Source: Cyanophora paradoxa CCMP329 (lineage: Eukaryota > Plantae > Glaucophyta). From it: a stretch of 64,000 nt of DNA. The position numbers were made by a program, and so were the translations under genes. Where the stretch lies: contig QPMI01000468.1 of the NCBI GenBank assembly GCA_004431415.1, positions 62,001 through 126,000 on the forward strand, given 5' to 3'. Below the pieces are notes generated by a model. It saw nothing but the letters and a program-made list of their open reading frames with translations, had not been told where the DNA came from and made no database searches. Below, piece after piece: positions 45,222 to 59,085 of the stretch; the first letter of the stretch is position 1, and each line of letters opens with the position of its first letter.

Positions 45222-47318
45222 ATGTCGGGGTCGGAGGACGGAAGCGACGAGCACGGTTCGGGCGACGAGCACCACAAGAGAGGGCCCGAACTGGCGGCCT
45301 CGTGCGCGACGCGGCCTCTCACAGTAGTCGAAAAGAAGCGCTACAAGGAGTTTCTTGCGGCGTGGTTCAACCAGCTGGGCGACCTCGTAGTAGGCGCCGA
45401 CGACAAGCGGCTGCGCTGGCGCTGCGGGCTCTGCCAGGATTTGATTGTCATGGACGGGTCGCCTGCCGGTATCAGCGAGCACCTCAGCAAGCTGCACCCT
45501 GACGTGGACCCTTCCGCCGTCGACTCGCAGCCGTCCAGCTCGAGCAGCGCGCAGGCGCGTCGGCCCCGCCCCGCCGCGCCCGCGCACCGCCCCGCCGCGC
45601 CCGCGCCCCGCCCTCTGAGCGCGCTGCAGTCGCGGACGCCGAAGCCGCGGCCGCCGCGGGAACTTGTGGTCGACGAGAAAGGGATGACGAAGGAGGCGTT
45701 CCGCAACCTGCCCGACGCCCTCCTCAAGGCGAGGGACGGGGACACGGTGCTCGTCAAGAGCGGCAAGTACCCCCTTCAGAAGCCCCTCTTCATCAGCAAG
45801 CGGGTCCGTCCGCGGCGCACGGCCGCGCGCCCGCGCTCGATCTGATCGCCGCCTCCCCTCTTCCCCCCAGATCACCGTAAAGGGCGTGGGGCCGCAACGC
45901 AGCAAGATCCAGGTCCGCTTGCGCGATTCAAACGCGCGCCGGCGCTCGCTGACCGCCCGGACGCGACCCGCAGATCTATCTGGCCTCCGGGACCCAGGTG
46001 GCCGCGCCTCCCACGCGCCCACCTTCGGCGCAGCCGCCGACGCGCCGGCCGCGGCAGGGCTCATCGTTGATCGGGCCGCCGGAGGCGGTGCTGGTGCTCA
46101 GCGGGGGTACCGGCGGCATCATCACGAACCTGATGGTCAAGGGCACGGCGCGGGGCGGGGGCATCCTCGTGCGGCAGGGGCCCTGGGTCATCAGCAACTG
46201 CGAGGTCCAGGTGCGGGCGCCCTCTCCCCGTGGACCCGCTGCGCGCCCTGCGACGGCGCGCCGCGCAGGGCGACACGGGCAAGACGCTCGCGTGCGTCCA
46301 GCTGGGGGAGGCCAGCCCTTCTGGGGGCGACGGATGCGCCGCGAAGGGTGCGCGCCGCGCCGCGCCGCGGCGGCCGGCCCGCCCCGGCGCTGAAACGGCG
46401 TGCGTCGTCGCCCAGTGACGGGGTGCGAGCTGCACGGGGGTACGTGGGGCGTGTACATGGCGCCCGGGGCGGGCCGCCAGGTGGAGAAGTGCGAGATCCA
46501 CGACTGCACGGACGGCGGCATCGCCTACCGCTCCGCCGCCCTCAACTGCTTCATCGACTCCAACGTCGTCCACGACATCCAGGCCCGCCCGGCCCTTCCT
46601 TTCCTGCTTCCTTCGTGCTCGATTTGGACTTTGCTGACCGCCTTGTCCTTCCTTGTCCGCAGGGCCCCGCCATCCTCGTCGACGACGACGCGCGTCCCCC
46701 CCAGCCGTGCCGCCCCAGCCGTGCCGTGCCGCCTCTGACACCGCCCTGCTCCGCCCCGCCCCGCAGGCCTCGGGCGAGGTGGAGGGGAACATGTGCGCCG
46801 CCCGGGGCCGCGGCGCCGCGCGGGGCGGGCGGGGGCGTGATGCGGGGCGGGCGTGCGCAGGTTCTGGTCCTGCGACGGCGTCGCCGTCTCGTCGCGCTGC
46901 AAGGCCTCCTTCGTCAACAACAAGGTACCCCCCGCGCCCTCCCCCGCCCCCCGTCGGTACAAACAGGGAGTGCATTGCAGAAGTACAAGCAGGAGCCGCC
47001 GGGGGGCGCGGCCGCCCTGCTCCCCACGGAGGTCGGGGCGGTCCCCAGGAGGAAGGTCCCTGTCGAGGTGGATGCCGGGCCTGCCGCGGGCGCCCGCCCA
47101 AACGGGCCCCGCGCTCAGATCGAGCTCAGATCGAGGAGCCGGAGCCGGAGAAGTTCGAGAAGGGCGGCTGCGGCTCCTTCTACTCCTTCAGTGCGGGCCG
47201 CACCGCCGCCCGCAGCCGTCGTCCCGCTCAGGAAGGCCCGAACTGACACCGCTGCCCCCGCCCGCCCCGCGCAGTCAAGATCATCTGCCAGGCGGGCCGG
47301 GGCGTCGACGACCACTGA
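45222..47318 (+). CDS. Right-handed parallel beta-helix protein with N-terminal C2H2/BED-like zinc finger
   Basis: WRCGLC..15aa..HLSKLH, then LPDALLKARDGDTVLVKSGKY, ITVKGVG, ISNCEV, VTGCELHGGTWGVYM, VEKCEIHDCTDGGI. Confidence 0.7.
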
Positions 47319-47821
47319 TGGCGGGCGCGCCGGCGCCGGAGAAGTCGATATCTAGATCTTCGCTACGCTATACGGGAGCTAGGTTGAATGTCGTTGAACC
47401 GAACATAACAACAACATCCCAAGCCTTTCGCACCTTCGGAGCTCGGCATATACATGTACCCACCCCACATGGGAAAAAGGCTGGCGGCCGGCGCAGTGCC
47501 GCTGCCAGCTCCGAGACGCACAATGAACCTTTGATCGCGATTTGAGCGACTACAGCAGGCGTGTGCAGCAGCGGAGGTCGCCCTCCTTCCAATGGCGGCG
47601 GCATCCCCTGGGCGAGAAGAACACGATGGAGGCGGGAAGCGGATTCGCAGCTTCAGCACTGGAGCGCTGCTTGGCCTCTCGCATGTGCGCTCGCCCCGAA
47701 CTTGCAAGTTCTAGGGGGGATTCGATCGGTCGCCATGCGCCGCTCCCCGCGTCTCCCCGGGCTCTAGTTCTAGAATGATTCCGCTTTCATCCCGCGAGTG
47801 AGCCCCGCGCCGCTGCCACGT

Positions 47822-50800
47822 ATGCCGTATGCCCATGCATTCCCCTCTGGCGCCCGACACTCCGTGAAGCCGTTCGCTGCAAAGCGCAACCTCGCATCGC
47901 ATTATCCTCCCAGTCGTCGTGAGATGTCTCATAGTGACCTCCCCGCCCGCGCCTTAAAGACCTCTCAGCAGCAGCTTAGCAGCAGGCGTCTCGGAGGTCA
48001 GCATTCGCAGCGCGGTTGGTACGGGGCGTGCAATCCTTAGCTCTTTGCTCTTTCCATCACTTCCAACATTTCCCCCTCCCTGCCAACAGCAATGTTCATC
48101 GTCATCGCCGCTGCGTGAGATTGAAGATTGACGTTCCGCTCGCAGGCCGTCGACTCTCTAGCAGCACTGGAAGCCTGCCTTGCGGAGAGGAAAGCGGTCG
48201 CTGACGCCCGCGTCCATGGCTTGCTGGAAGACATCGATGGATTGCTTGCCGTGACCGACTCGGGTAACAGCCGCGCCCGCCGCGCTCGTGCATGCGGCGA
48301 TGACCAATCGCTTCTGCGCGGTCGTAGAGTCCCTTCGACGCACGCTCACGCTTCCGCTGGGAGCAACGGGGCAAGAGTGAGCCGCGCTCTCAGCTGTCAT
48401 TCCAGCGCATACTGAACGAGAACATCGCAGTCGGAGCGAGAGGGCGACGCCTCTCGAGATCCTCAACGCCATTCGTCGTGCGTTTGATTGTGCGTTATTC
48501 TTGTTCTGTGTGCTCACCGCCGCCGCAGTGCTCTCGGAAGACTTCCGTGCGCGCCAGAGCACCAACAGCGCCCGCAGCCCACCCGCTGACGGCGCCTCGC
48601 AGTAACATGGACCGAGGAGGATGTGCTCATGCGGTTCGCGGACTTGCTCATGGAGCTGTCGCTCCTCCGGCCCATCTGCGCCCGCTGCTGGCCCGGCGAG
48701 AAGCTGTGCACGCGGTGCGGGCGCCCCCTCGCCCGCCGCCCGTGGAACGAGCGGCACTTGACCGACGCTCATCTGCGCGTTCGCGATCAATTTCAGGCTC
48801 CTGCGGGGCGTCCTGGAGTGCGCGCGCGTCGCGGAGCTCATGGTGCGCCCCCGCGGCCCCTCCCCCCTCGGCGCCTCTAACCCACGGCGGCCCTCAGCTG
48901 TACGTGCGGGAGGCGGAGGAGGTAAGCACGCGCCGCCCCTCCGCGCCGCTGCGCGCGGCCGACGGGTTCGGGGCCCCAGCAGCACGCGGAGGGGCCGGCG
49001 GCGCTGCAGCGCAATGGCTCGGACGGGGCCGGCGTGACGCTGCGGCCGCCGCGGGGAGAGATGGCGGAGTGGGGCGCCGAGCGCGTCTGCACGATGCTGC
49101 TGCGCGAGTGGCTCCAGGAGCGGGCGCAGGACACCGCGGACCGCGAGGGCGAAACGGAGGCCGCCACCTCGCCCACGCCCCAGGCGGACGAGGCGGCGGG
49201 GCCGGCCGCCGCTGCCTCCCGCGAGGGGCTCCCGCCCCTGCACGGGGGCCGCTCCTCGGGCACGTCGTCCCCGCGGCCTCGGGCTCGCTCCGCCACATTC
49301 GGAGGCGCGCCCCGCAGGCCCCTCGCGCGCCCCGCTCGCTGCGCCCGCGCCGAGCGCCGCCGCGCAGGATGTCGGTGCAGGCGATGTCCGCCCTCCCGAA
49401 GTCGGGCAGCGGCGGCGGCATGGGCGCGATCGTCGCGCGCGCCCTCGCCGCCTCCGCCGCCTCGGGCGGGAGCTCCACGCCGCAGCCGGGCCCCTCGCCC
49501 GCCCTGGGTCCCTCGCCCGAGCCCCTGCTGCTCTGCCGCATCTGCGAGGAGATGGTGCGCGGCCCCGGCGAGGCGGAGTGGCCCGGCGCGGGCCGCTCAG
49601 CCCTTATCTCCGCAGGTGCCGCGGGAGGTCTTCGCGGAGCACTCGAGGCACTGCTCCATCGAGCACGCGTTCGACGTCAAGCCCACGCACTGCAACGACA
49701 AGCTCCTCGAGGTCCGCTCCGCTTCGTTCTGTTTGTTTGCCACGCGTTCCTTGCGTTCCGAGGCGGGTGTCTGCGGGGCGGCAGCTCGCGGACGCCATCG
49801 CGGCGAAGCTGGCCGCGGCCGCCGGCCGCCGGCGCTCCTTCAACACGGAAGAGCGGCCGGCGCCGCACGAGGCGCGCTCCTCGAGCCAGAGCCCGCTGGC
49901 GCGCCCCGCCGCCCCCTTCTCCTCCCCCCCGGCCCAGTCCTGCACGGGCCTGACCCCGATTCACGTCCCCGGACCCTTCGAGACGCCCCACCTGGGGCCC
50001 TCGAACCTCGCGCCCGGCTCGCCGCGCCACCCGCCGCCGCGGGCGACGCCCTCGCTGCGGGGCCTCCAGTCCCCCGCAATCTCCTCCCACGCGGGACGCC
50101 CGCCCTCGCCCGTCTTCTCCGGCTCGCCGGGCGAGATCCTGCAGCGCCTCTGCCGCCGGGCCTCGATGCTCCACCCGGGGAGCCTCGGCTGCGCCCGCAG
50201 CATCTCCGTGCTCCAGAACGAGTGCTCGGAGCTCATCGCCGCCCTGGAGGAGGCCGCCGACGTGCGCCCGCCCGCCCGCCCGCCCGCCCGCTTGCCCGGC
50301 CGAGTGCGCCCCCTGAGCCGTCGCAGCGGGCGGAGGGGGGCGACGCGGAGGAGCGCGCCGACGTTCACGGGTGGCTCGAGATCGCGCAGCGCGTCGAGAC
50401 GGGCGCGCGATCCGCCCGCCCTTTCCGCGCCGCGCCGCGCCGCCGCCCCGCGCCGCGCTGACGCCGTGGCGGGGCGCGGCGCAGCGCTGGAACTGAAGAG
50501 CGCGACGCTGCACGCGGCGGCGACGCGGCGGGAAAGCGTGGACGCCTCGGCCCGGGGCTCGCCGGCCAAGCAGCGGCTTGACCTGCTCCTCGCCTCGGCC
50601 CGCCGCCTCTCGGTCGCCTCGGGCGGGCCCTTCGCCTCCGGCTCCTCCTCATGCGGCTCGCCCGCCCCCGCCCTCCTCCCCTTCCTCTCGAACGCGGCGG
50701 CGGCGGCCGCGGCCACGGCGGAGGCGGCGGCGCGCGCCGGCTCGCCCCTCTCGGAGAGCGGGAGCCGCAGCGGAAGCAGTGCGAGCGGCTCGCCGCGGGA

Positions 50801-53800
50801 CGCGCGCCAGCTGCGCCGGCGCTCCAGCCCGCGGCCGGCCGGCACCGACGGCAGCGGCTCGCCCGCCTCGCGCGGGGCCCGCCCCTCCGCTCCCCGTCCC
50901 CGGCGGCGCTCCCCGGCAGCGGCGCGGCCGGCCCGGCGCGCGGCGGCTGCGGCCGTCGTCGCTGCAGCAGATCAACGCGGCGACGGCGGCGGCGCGCCGC
51001 GCGGGGCGCGTCACCATCGACGACTTTGACATCTTGAAGGCGAGCGCCGCCCCGCCAGGCTCTCCGTTGGGACCGCGCTGACGGCGGGGCGGGCGGGCGG
51101 GCGCAGCCGATCTCGAAGGGCGGGCACGGGCGCGTCTTCCTGGCGCGCAAGAAGCGCACCGGCGACATCTTCGCCATCAAGGCGCGCCAGGGCAGAAAGG
51201 AAGGAAGGAAGGAAGGAAGGCCCCTAAACTCGCTCGCTCGGCAGGTGCTGCGGAAGCGGGAGGTGCGGCGCAAGAAGCTGGTGCAGCACGTGCGCACCGA
51301 GAAGGACATCCTCGCGTGGGCCTCCAACGCCACCCCATTCGTCGTCCGCCTCTTCTACGCCTTCCAGGTGCGGGCGAGACCCCTAGGAGGAGGAAGGGGG
51401 CGCCGCTGCCTGCCCGAGCCCAGCTTACACCCGACGCGCCTCGCCCCCGCCTTGACGCGCCTCTCCTACGCCCTCCAGTCGCGCCACCACCTCTTCCTCG
51501 TCACTGAGTACTGCCCCGGTGCGCCCGCCCCCCCCCCGCCGCCCCTCGGGCTCGAGCCGGCCGGCCCGCGGCCGCTGAGTGCGCGCGGGGCGAGCGGCAG
51601 GCGGCGACCTCTTCTCGTTGCTGCGGACGGTGGGGAGCCTGGGGGAGGAGACGGCGAGGCAGTACGTCGGCGAGCTCGTCCTCGCCCTCGCCTACCTCCA
51701 CTCCGTCGGGGTACGCTGTGTCCCGGCCTCGCCCGCCCGACCCTTTAAGAGCCGACCGCCGACCGCAGATCATCCACCGCGACCTCGTTCGTCCCTTCCT
51801 CCTCCTCCTCCACGCGCCCGCCCCGCCGCCACCGCCACCGCCGCCGCCGCCGGCTTACGGCCGCCCGCCGTGCGCCGCAGAAGCCCGACAACGTCCTCGT
51901 GGACGCCCGCGGGCACCTCCGCCTGACCGACTTCGGTGCGGCGCCCGCCCGCCCTCCTCCTCTCCGGGACGTGACCCGCGGGGCGGCGGGGCAGGCCTCT
52001 CCCGCCTCGGGGTGACGCACGGCAAGCCCTGCAACGAGGCGGCGGCGGCGGCGGCCCTCGCGGCGCCGGGCTCGCCCGGCCCGCGCCGGGGCGGGGGCCT
52101 CTCCCCGCAGGCCCCGCCCCGCGCGACTCGAGCTCCGGAGGCTCGACCCGCTCCCCGTCCCGCACCCCTCGGCCCGCCCCAGGGCGCCGCCCCGCCCCTC
52201 TCGCCTCGGGCGGGCCCGGCCTGGCGCCGCCGCCGGGCGGGCGCGGCGGCGGTCGGGCTCGGGCGAGGCGCTGGACCCGGCGGCGGCGGCGGCGGCCTCG
52301 CTGCTCCAGCACGACGAGGTCCTCTTGGACGCCGTGCTCAGCCGTCACCGCCACGAGGCCCCGGGCGCGGCCGCCGGGCCCTCCCCGGTCCCGCCACGCC
52401 GGGCTCGCCGGGCGCGGCGGGGCGCGCGGCGGCCGCGGCGCGCGGGCGGCGGCGCTCGATGGCCTGCCCGCCGACCTGCAGCCGCGCGCGACGGCGGCCG
52501 CCCTCTCCGAGCGCGACGAGCGCTGCGCCGGCGACCTCCACCAGTCCCTCTCCCCCTCGGCCCGCGCCGGCGCCGCCGGCCGGCCGCCCCTCCCGCCCTC
52601 CCTCGCCGCCCTGCAGCTCCCCCCCAGCAGCACGGGGCGAGCCTCTCCTCGCCGCGGACCCTCGCCGCCGGCGCCGGCCCCTCCGAGAAGGCTTCGTCGC
52701 TGGGCCCGGGTCCCTCCCTCCTCCTGACCCTGCCCCCGACCCCTCCCGCCGGCCCCGAGCCGTCCCCCGCAACCGCCGTCCCCCCCATCAGCGCTCCCGG
52801 CCTCAACTCGCTGCACGGCGCCCCGCCCACCCCGCACCGCCGCTCCTCCTCGCCGAACCCGCTCGCCGCGTCGCCGCGGGGCCCCGCCGGGCGCCCCGCA
52901 AAGGAGGAGCGGGGCACGGGCGTCTGCGGGACGCCGGACTACCTCAGCCCCGAGCTGCTGCGGGGCGAGGCGCACGGCCCCTCCGTCGTGCGCCCGCCCG
53001 CCCCGCCCCGCCCCGCGCCGCTCGCCCGCGCCCCTCGCGCCGCCCTGACGCTCGGTGCTCCAGGACTGGTGGGCCCTCGGAGCGATCACGTTCGAGCTGC
53101 TGGTCGGCGTTCCCCCCTTCCACGCCCCTACCCCCGACGCAATCTTCCGCAACATCCTCGCCGGGCGCATCCCCTGGCCCGGTCCGCCGCCACCCGCCCC
53201 GCCCCACGCTTAGATCTAATCTGCGCAGGCGAGCCGGGCTCCGGGGGCGACCCGGAGGCGGAGCCGCTCTCCCCCGAGGCGCGCGACTTCGTGGGGCGGC
53301 TGCTGGAGCCGGACCCGGCGCGGCGCCTCGGGGCCGGCGGCTCGGGCGAGGTCCAGAACCACCCCTTCCTCGCCGGCCTCGACTGGAAGAGCCTCTACCA
53401 GGTGCCCTCGCCAAGCTAAGCTAACCTAAATCAAAGCTAAGCTTGAAAGCTTAGTAGGTAGTTGAACCTAAATCCAAGCCAAGCCAATTATAGCTAGCTA
53501 AGCTAGCTACGCCGCGCTACGTTGCGCTGCGCCACGCTTCGCTGAGCCCGCTGGACAGGCGGAGGGCGTCTTCGTTCCGCAGCTGGAGGACGCCGCGGAC
53601 ACCTCCTACTTTGACCGTGCGCCCGCCCCCGCCCGGCCCAGCTCTGTTTCGCGGTCCGACGCGGGGGGCGGCAGCGCGCAAGGAGATCTTCTCGCAGGTC
53701 CGCATGACAGACCTCCTCCCGAGCCTCCGCGACTGCGCCGGCGTCTCCGGCGAGGTGCGGTACCCCTCTTGTGCATCTCCTCTGCGGTCCGCGATCGAGC

Positions 53801-56021
53801 GGGCGGGCGGGCGCGCGGCGGCGCAGGGCGGCGGCGGAGACGGGAGCGGGCAGGACAGCGGGCCGCGGAGCACGCGGGCCTCGTCCTCGCGGCGGGCCTC
53901 GGAGCGCGACAACGCCGTCTCCTCCGCCTCCTCCTCGCCCGTCCCCGCCACGCTGCCGCCCCCCGTGCCGCAGCCGGCGCCCCCGCCCGGCGGGCACGTG
54001 CACGCCCTCTCCACCACCTCGTCGCCCCTGCCGCGCTCCGGGTCCGGCTCGGCGCCGGCGGGGGCCGGAGAGCTGGAGGCGTTGAGCCTGCCGCGGGCCC
54101 GCTCGGGTCGGTGCCGGAGCGGCGGCCGCTGCGGAGCCTCGGGGCGGGTCTGGAGGAGCGGCCGCCGCAGGGCCCCGGACTCATCTTCAGCCCCTCGGGC
54201 CTCGGCGGCGCCCTCGCCGTCTCCGTTCCGGGCCCCTCCGGCGGAATCGGCGCCCTGGGCCGCCGCACCTCGTGGGAGTCAGGCCCCGGCGGCTCCGGCC
54301 CCGGTGGCCCCGGGGGAGGCGCCGGCGGCGGCTTCCCCACGCCGCGGGCCGGCTCGGACGGGGCGCCCTCGGGCCCTGGCTCCCCCGCGGACCTCGCGGC
54401 TCGACTGCTCTCGCAGGCGCGGCGCCGCTCGTCGGACTCGGCGCAGGCCCGCCGCCGCCCCGCCGCCCCGCCCCGCCCGCACCGTTTCGTCGCCGCCGGC
54501 TGAGGGGCGGGGCGCGCGCGCAGAGCCTCTCGAGCAGCCTCGCGGAGCTGTCGCTTCTGGAGCCGCGCGAGGGCGAGGGCGAGGGCGGGGGCGAGGGCGG
54601 GGGCGAGCAGCAGCAGCAGCAGCAGGAGAGCAGCTCCCCGAGCCGCTCCGACAGGTGCCCGCCCCGCCTCCGCGCCCGCCCGCCCGCCCGGCGCCGCGAG
54701 GCCGACTCGTGCGCAGCTCGGGCGGGGATGACGGGGGGGAGGAAGCAGAAGGCGAGGGCGAGGGCGGGGGGGCGCCGGCGGCCCCGCGTGGGCGCGCCGC
54801 AGCTCGAGCAGCAGCAGCTCGTCGGCGGGGCGGGGCGGCGGGGCGGGGCGCGGCCGCCGGCGGCGGCGCCGCCGCTCGAAGGACGGCTCGACCTTCCGCG
54901 CCTTCGATTTCTCCAACGTCTCCAACCTCCTCGCGCTCAACTCCCAGATCCTCCAGCAGTGCGCCGTCCCTCTCGCTTCCGCTCTGGCCGCAGCAGCGGC
55001 TGACGGGCGGGCGGGCGCGCGCGCAGCCTGCAGGAGTCGGGCGGGGCGGGGCGGGCGAGGAGGGCCCGGGATGCAGCGAGGGGACCCCGAGGCGGAGGCG
55101 GCGGTGGCGGCGGCAGTGGCGGCCGCGACGGGCACGGGCGCCGAGGGCGCCGCCGTGCTCGAGACGCGCTACCTGAGCTCCCTGATCCAGCAGCGGCGGG
55201 GCCTGCCGGGCCTCCTCGGGAGCGGCGCCCACGGTTCGGCCGGCTCGCTCCTGCCGCCCGCGCCCGTACCCCTGCGCGACCGGGAGCGCCGCGCCACGTG
55301 GTCCTCGCAGCAGCTCGCCCCCTCCTCGGCCGCCCCGCCGCCCCCCGCCTCTTCCAGCCACGCCCTCGAGGGCCTCGCCTCGAGCCGCCACCGCTCCGCG
55401 TCGATGGCGAGCCGCACGCACGCCCTCACGGGCTCGTACCGGCGCCCGGCGGGCCCCGCCGACTCGCGGGCGCCGGTCACCGTGCGGCCGCCCTCGCCGG
55501 CCTCGCAGGCCTCGCCCCGCACCTCGCCCTCGCCCTCCTCCTCCCGCACCAGCCCGGTGCCCTCGGGCAACACCCCGCCCTCCAACCCCCTCGCGGCCCC
55601 TCCGCCGGCGGGCTGCCCCGCCCCTGCCCCTGCCGCTGCCGCTGCCGCGCGGGTCTCCCCGCCGCCGCCCGACGAGGCGGGCGGCTCCTCGGAGAGCTCG
55701 AGCCCGCGGGGCCTCTCGCCGCGCCCCGCCGACGCCCTCCGCTCCCGCGCGCTCCTCCAGTCGCTGGCGCGGCGCGCGAACCCCGCCGGCGTCGGCGGCT
55801 CGACGCCGAGCTCCGGGGGCGGCACGCCCTCCGGGGACCGTGGCGGGGTAGAGCGCGGGGACCTGCACACGCTCCACGGGCTGCACCACCACCCGCCCTC
55901 CTCCTCCTCGCTCAGCTCCTCCTCCATCTCCTCGTCGCCCCCCACGAGCCCCCTCCTCCGCCCCTCCGCCTCGCCCACCTCGGACGCGCCGGCGCCGGCG
56001 CCGGCGCCCCCTCCCTCCTGA
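47822..56021 (+). CDS. AGC-family Ser/Thr kinase of the IRE/Rim15/Greatwall (MAST-like) group
   Basis: LCRICEE...EHSRHC zinc motif; [33 protein letters not shown]; HRDLKPDN; LTDFGLS; long insert; GTPDYLSPE; DWWALG; [15 protein letters not shown]; [13 protein letters not shown]. The start is approximate. Confidence 0.9.
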
Positions 56022-56714
56022 ACGCTTATTTATCACCTATTTCAAGCTTCGGCGCAGTGATTTATCAGTGTACTCAGAGCAGGCTTCTGCAGCCGTCCAT
56101 ATCGTTTTTTCAAAGGTTATCACAGTATACGTAGGAGCAGTGCGTTTGAGAGTTCTTCTGCGGGTGTGCACACCCGCAGCGCCGCAGCTGGCGTCGCAGT
56201 GTCGTATAGAGAGCTTAGGGTCTCATTTCAATATTCTCCGTACACCGTGGCACGTAAACGTGCATCCATCATGCCGAGCTCCGAGGCTCGGGCTTAGAAG
56301 CCTTAGATAAAGATCGCAGGATCGTCAGACGTCGACGTCGGCGTTCGCTTCGGATCATATGCATGATGATCATGAGCGCGACCAATTTGAAGGGGGGGAG
56401 GAGGAGCTCGAGGGGGGGATCAACTTCGGAGGGGCGGCTTGCAATTGCAATTGGATCGGAGGCAGCACGCGCTCGCACTGTGGCAGCCCCAGCCCCAGCC
56501 CAGCCTCGTCTCAGTGAGCTTATCAGCTCAGCTAAGCGGGCTAACGTGGCCGGGACGCTGAGAGCTGCACCGCTGCAGGAAACAGGCAGCGGACGGGCGC
56601 CGAGCCGGCCGCGGGGGGTGGTGCGGCGTAGCGAGCCAGCGACGCCAGTGCTTATCCTGAGAGAACGGAAGGGTTTCGAAGCGAGCCGTAGCCTCTAGCT
56701 AGCTCGCCCGGTCC

Positions 56715-59085
56715 ATGCCCTCGCGAGCTTCGCCGCAAAAAATGTCTCCCGAGGTACTCGCGTCGGCTTCCGTCGCACCTTCCTTTCGAAGCAAATGACC
56801 CCACGCGCCACAGGAGCACCTCCGCGCGTGCGCCCGCTTCCTGCAGCGCCACGCGGATCTCGCGGCGTTCGAGCCCATCGGTGCGCGCACGCGACCCGCC
56901 GGCCGCGTCGATCGGAGCTGACGCGGGCGCAGACATGCTGCTCGAGGACGCGGCGTGGCGGCCGCCGCCGGAGTGGGAGCGATTCCTCGACGGGCTCCCG
57001 CTCGGCGCGATCCAGCGGCTCCCGGTCGCCGACCTGCAGACCGAGCTGCGGCGGGCGCCGGAGACGCTGCGCGCCTTCGTCGGCGACGCGCGGGCGCTGG
57101 CGCTGCCGCGGGCGCCGCTGCGGGACCCGGCGATCAGCCAGCGGCGGCACGCGGAGCTGGCGCAGCGGCTGCTGCGGCGGACGGCGCAGAAGAAGGGATA
57201 CGAGGCGCTCGAGATGGCCGAGATGGTCCACGAGGTCTCCCTCGACGTCAACACCAGCACCGTCATCGACGTCGGGTGCGGCGCCCGCGCCCGCCAGCTC
57301 CGATCCGCGGCGCGCGCCGCGGCCTCGGCCCGGGCCGGGCTGGGCGGCGGCCGACGCGGGCGGGCGCGCGGGCGGGCGCAGGGCCGGGCAGGGCTGCCTC
57401 GCGCAAGTGCTGGCGGGGCTCTACGGCCTCAACGTCATCGCTGTGGAGGCGAACGCGGCGCACACCGAACGGCGCGCCCCGGTCCCCGCCCGCCTCGGCC
57501 TCGGCCCCGGCCTCGGCCTCGGCCCCCGCTGACACGCACGGCAGGCTGCGCGAGCGTGTGGCGCGGGTGCCGGAGAGCCCGCCGGGCCCCGGGGAGGAGG
57601 GCGAGGGCGACGTGGGGGCCGTCTACTCGCGGACCCTGACGGTGGACGCCGCGACGGGCGAGGAGGCGCTCTGGGCGGCCGCGGGGGACGCGGTGCCGGG
57701 CCGCCGCGCCGTCCTCACGGCCCTGCACGGCTGCGGCGACCTCGTGTCGAACCTCCTGCGCCTCTACGCCCGCTCGCCCTCCATCCGCGGTGCCGTCCTC
57801 GTCGGCTGGTGCGCCCGCGCGGCCGCCCCGGCCGCCCGCTCGCGGCCGGACTTAAGCTTTAGAACCTGCTTGGATAACATCCCGCCAAATTGAAGCGAGC
57901 CGTCGTGCAATTAATCGTACGCCGGCGGCGCCGCGCCCGCGCGCAGCTGCTACCAGAAGCTGACCGAGGAGGGCTGCACGTCTGACCCGCGCGAGAACGG
58001 TGCGCGGGCGGGCCGGCGCCGGCCGCGGGGCGCTGATTTACCCCCCTGCAGCGGTGCGGAGGCCCGAGGCGGCGCGCGAGGCGTGCGGCCTGCCGCTCAG
58101 CAGCGCGGCGCGGGAGGAGGGGTACCGCATGGGCTGGCCCGCCCGCAACCTCGCCGTCAAGAGGTGGCGGCGCCCCCGACCCACGCCACGCCCCGCGCCG
58201 CCCGTCTCAGGGGCGGGGCGGGGCAGCCCGGAGCGGTTCGCGGCGGAGGCGGGGGAGTCGTTCGCCCAAGGAGCCCTCTTCGATTCGTACCGGGCCGCCC
58301 TGCAGCCCCTCCTCGCCGCACACTGCGCCCACCTGCCCCCGCGGGTACGCCCCGCTCCCGCCCCCGCCCCCGCCCCGCCCTCTGAGCCCTGATCCGAGCT
58401 TCGACTCTGGCAGGATCGGGTGATCGGGAAGCTCCCGAAGGGGCAGCTGGGCGGCTTCCCGGAGTACGCCAGCGCGGTCCGTGCTTCCTCCGCCCTCCAT
58501 CCCTCCGCCTCGCCTTCGCGCGGGCCGACCGCCCCCGGCGGCAGGCGCTGGGGCGGCTCGACCCTGCGAAGCGCGGGGCGGCAGTCGAGGCCCTCATACA
58601 GTGCGCGCCCTTCCGCGGCCGTCCGCCCGCCCGCCCGCTCCGCCCTCCGACGCCGCGCCGCGGGCAGGGACCCCGAGCCCCTCGCCGCGGCGGGGGCGTG
58701 GGCGCCGTGGATGCCGGCCCGCGTCGCCTGGCTCCACGCCCTCCGCGCCGTCCTCGTGCGCTCCGGGCGCTGAGCGGCGCGGGGCGCCGTCGACTGAGCG
58801 TCGGGCGGCAGGCGCCCGTGCTGGAGACGTACGTGCTCCTGGATCGCCTCTGCTTCGCGCGGGAGGCGGTGCCGGGCTCGGACTGCAGCCTGGTGCCCCT
58901 CTTCGACGCCCGCCTCTCCCCGCGCAACGTCGCCCTCGTCCTCGCCCGCCGCGTCCGCCCCCGCCCCGCCCCGCCGCCGGCCTGGCATGGCCCGTCCCGC
59001 CGACGAAGCGGGGGCGGGGCGGCAGCCGGCGGAGGGCGACGAGTTCGACGAGGCCGTCACTGTCGACATCGACGCCTATTTCTGA
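56715..59085 (+). CDS. METTL25: METTL25/RRNAD1-family SAM-dependent methyltransferase
   Basis: [65 protein letters not shown]25 and METTL25B cannot be distinguished here. Confidence 0.8.

Noticed and set aside
42489-56021. Functional clustering of the CBS (Sds23-like) gene and the Greatwall/Rim15-like kinase as a PP2A-regulatory module
   Set aside because: Orthology is unproven and an unrelated gene lies between them. Proximity alone is not evidence.
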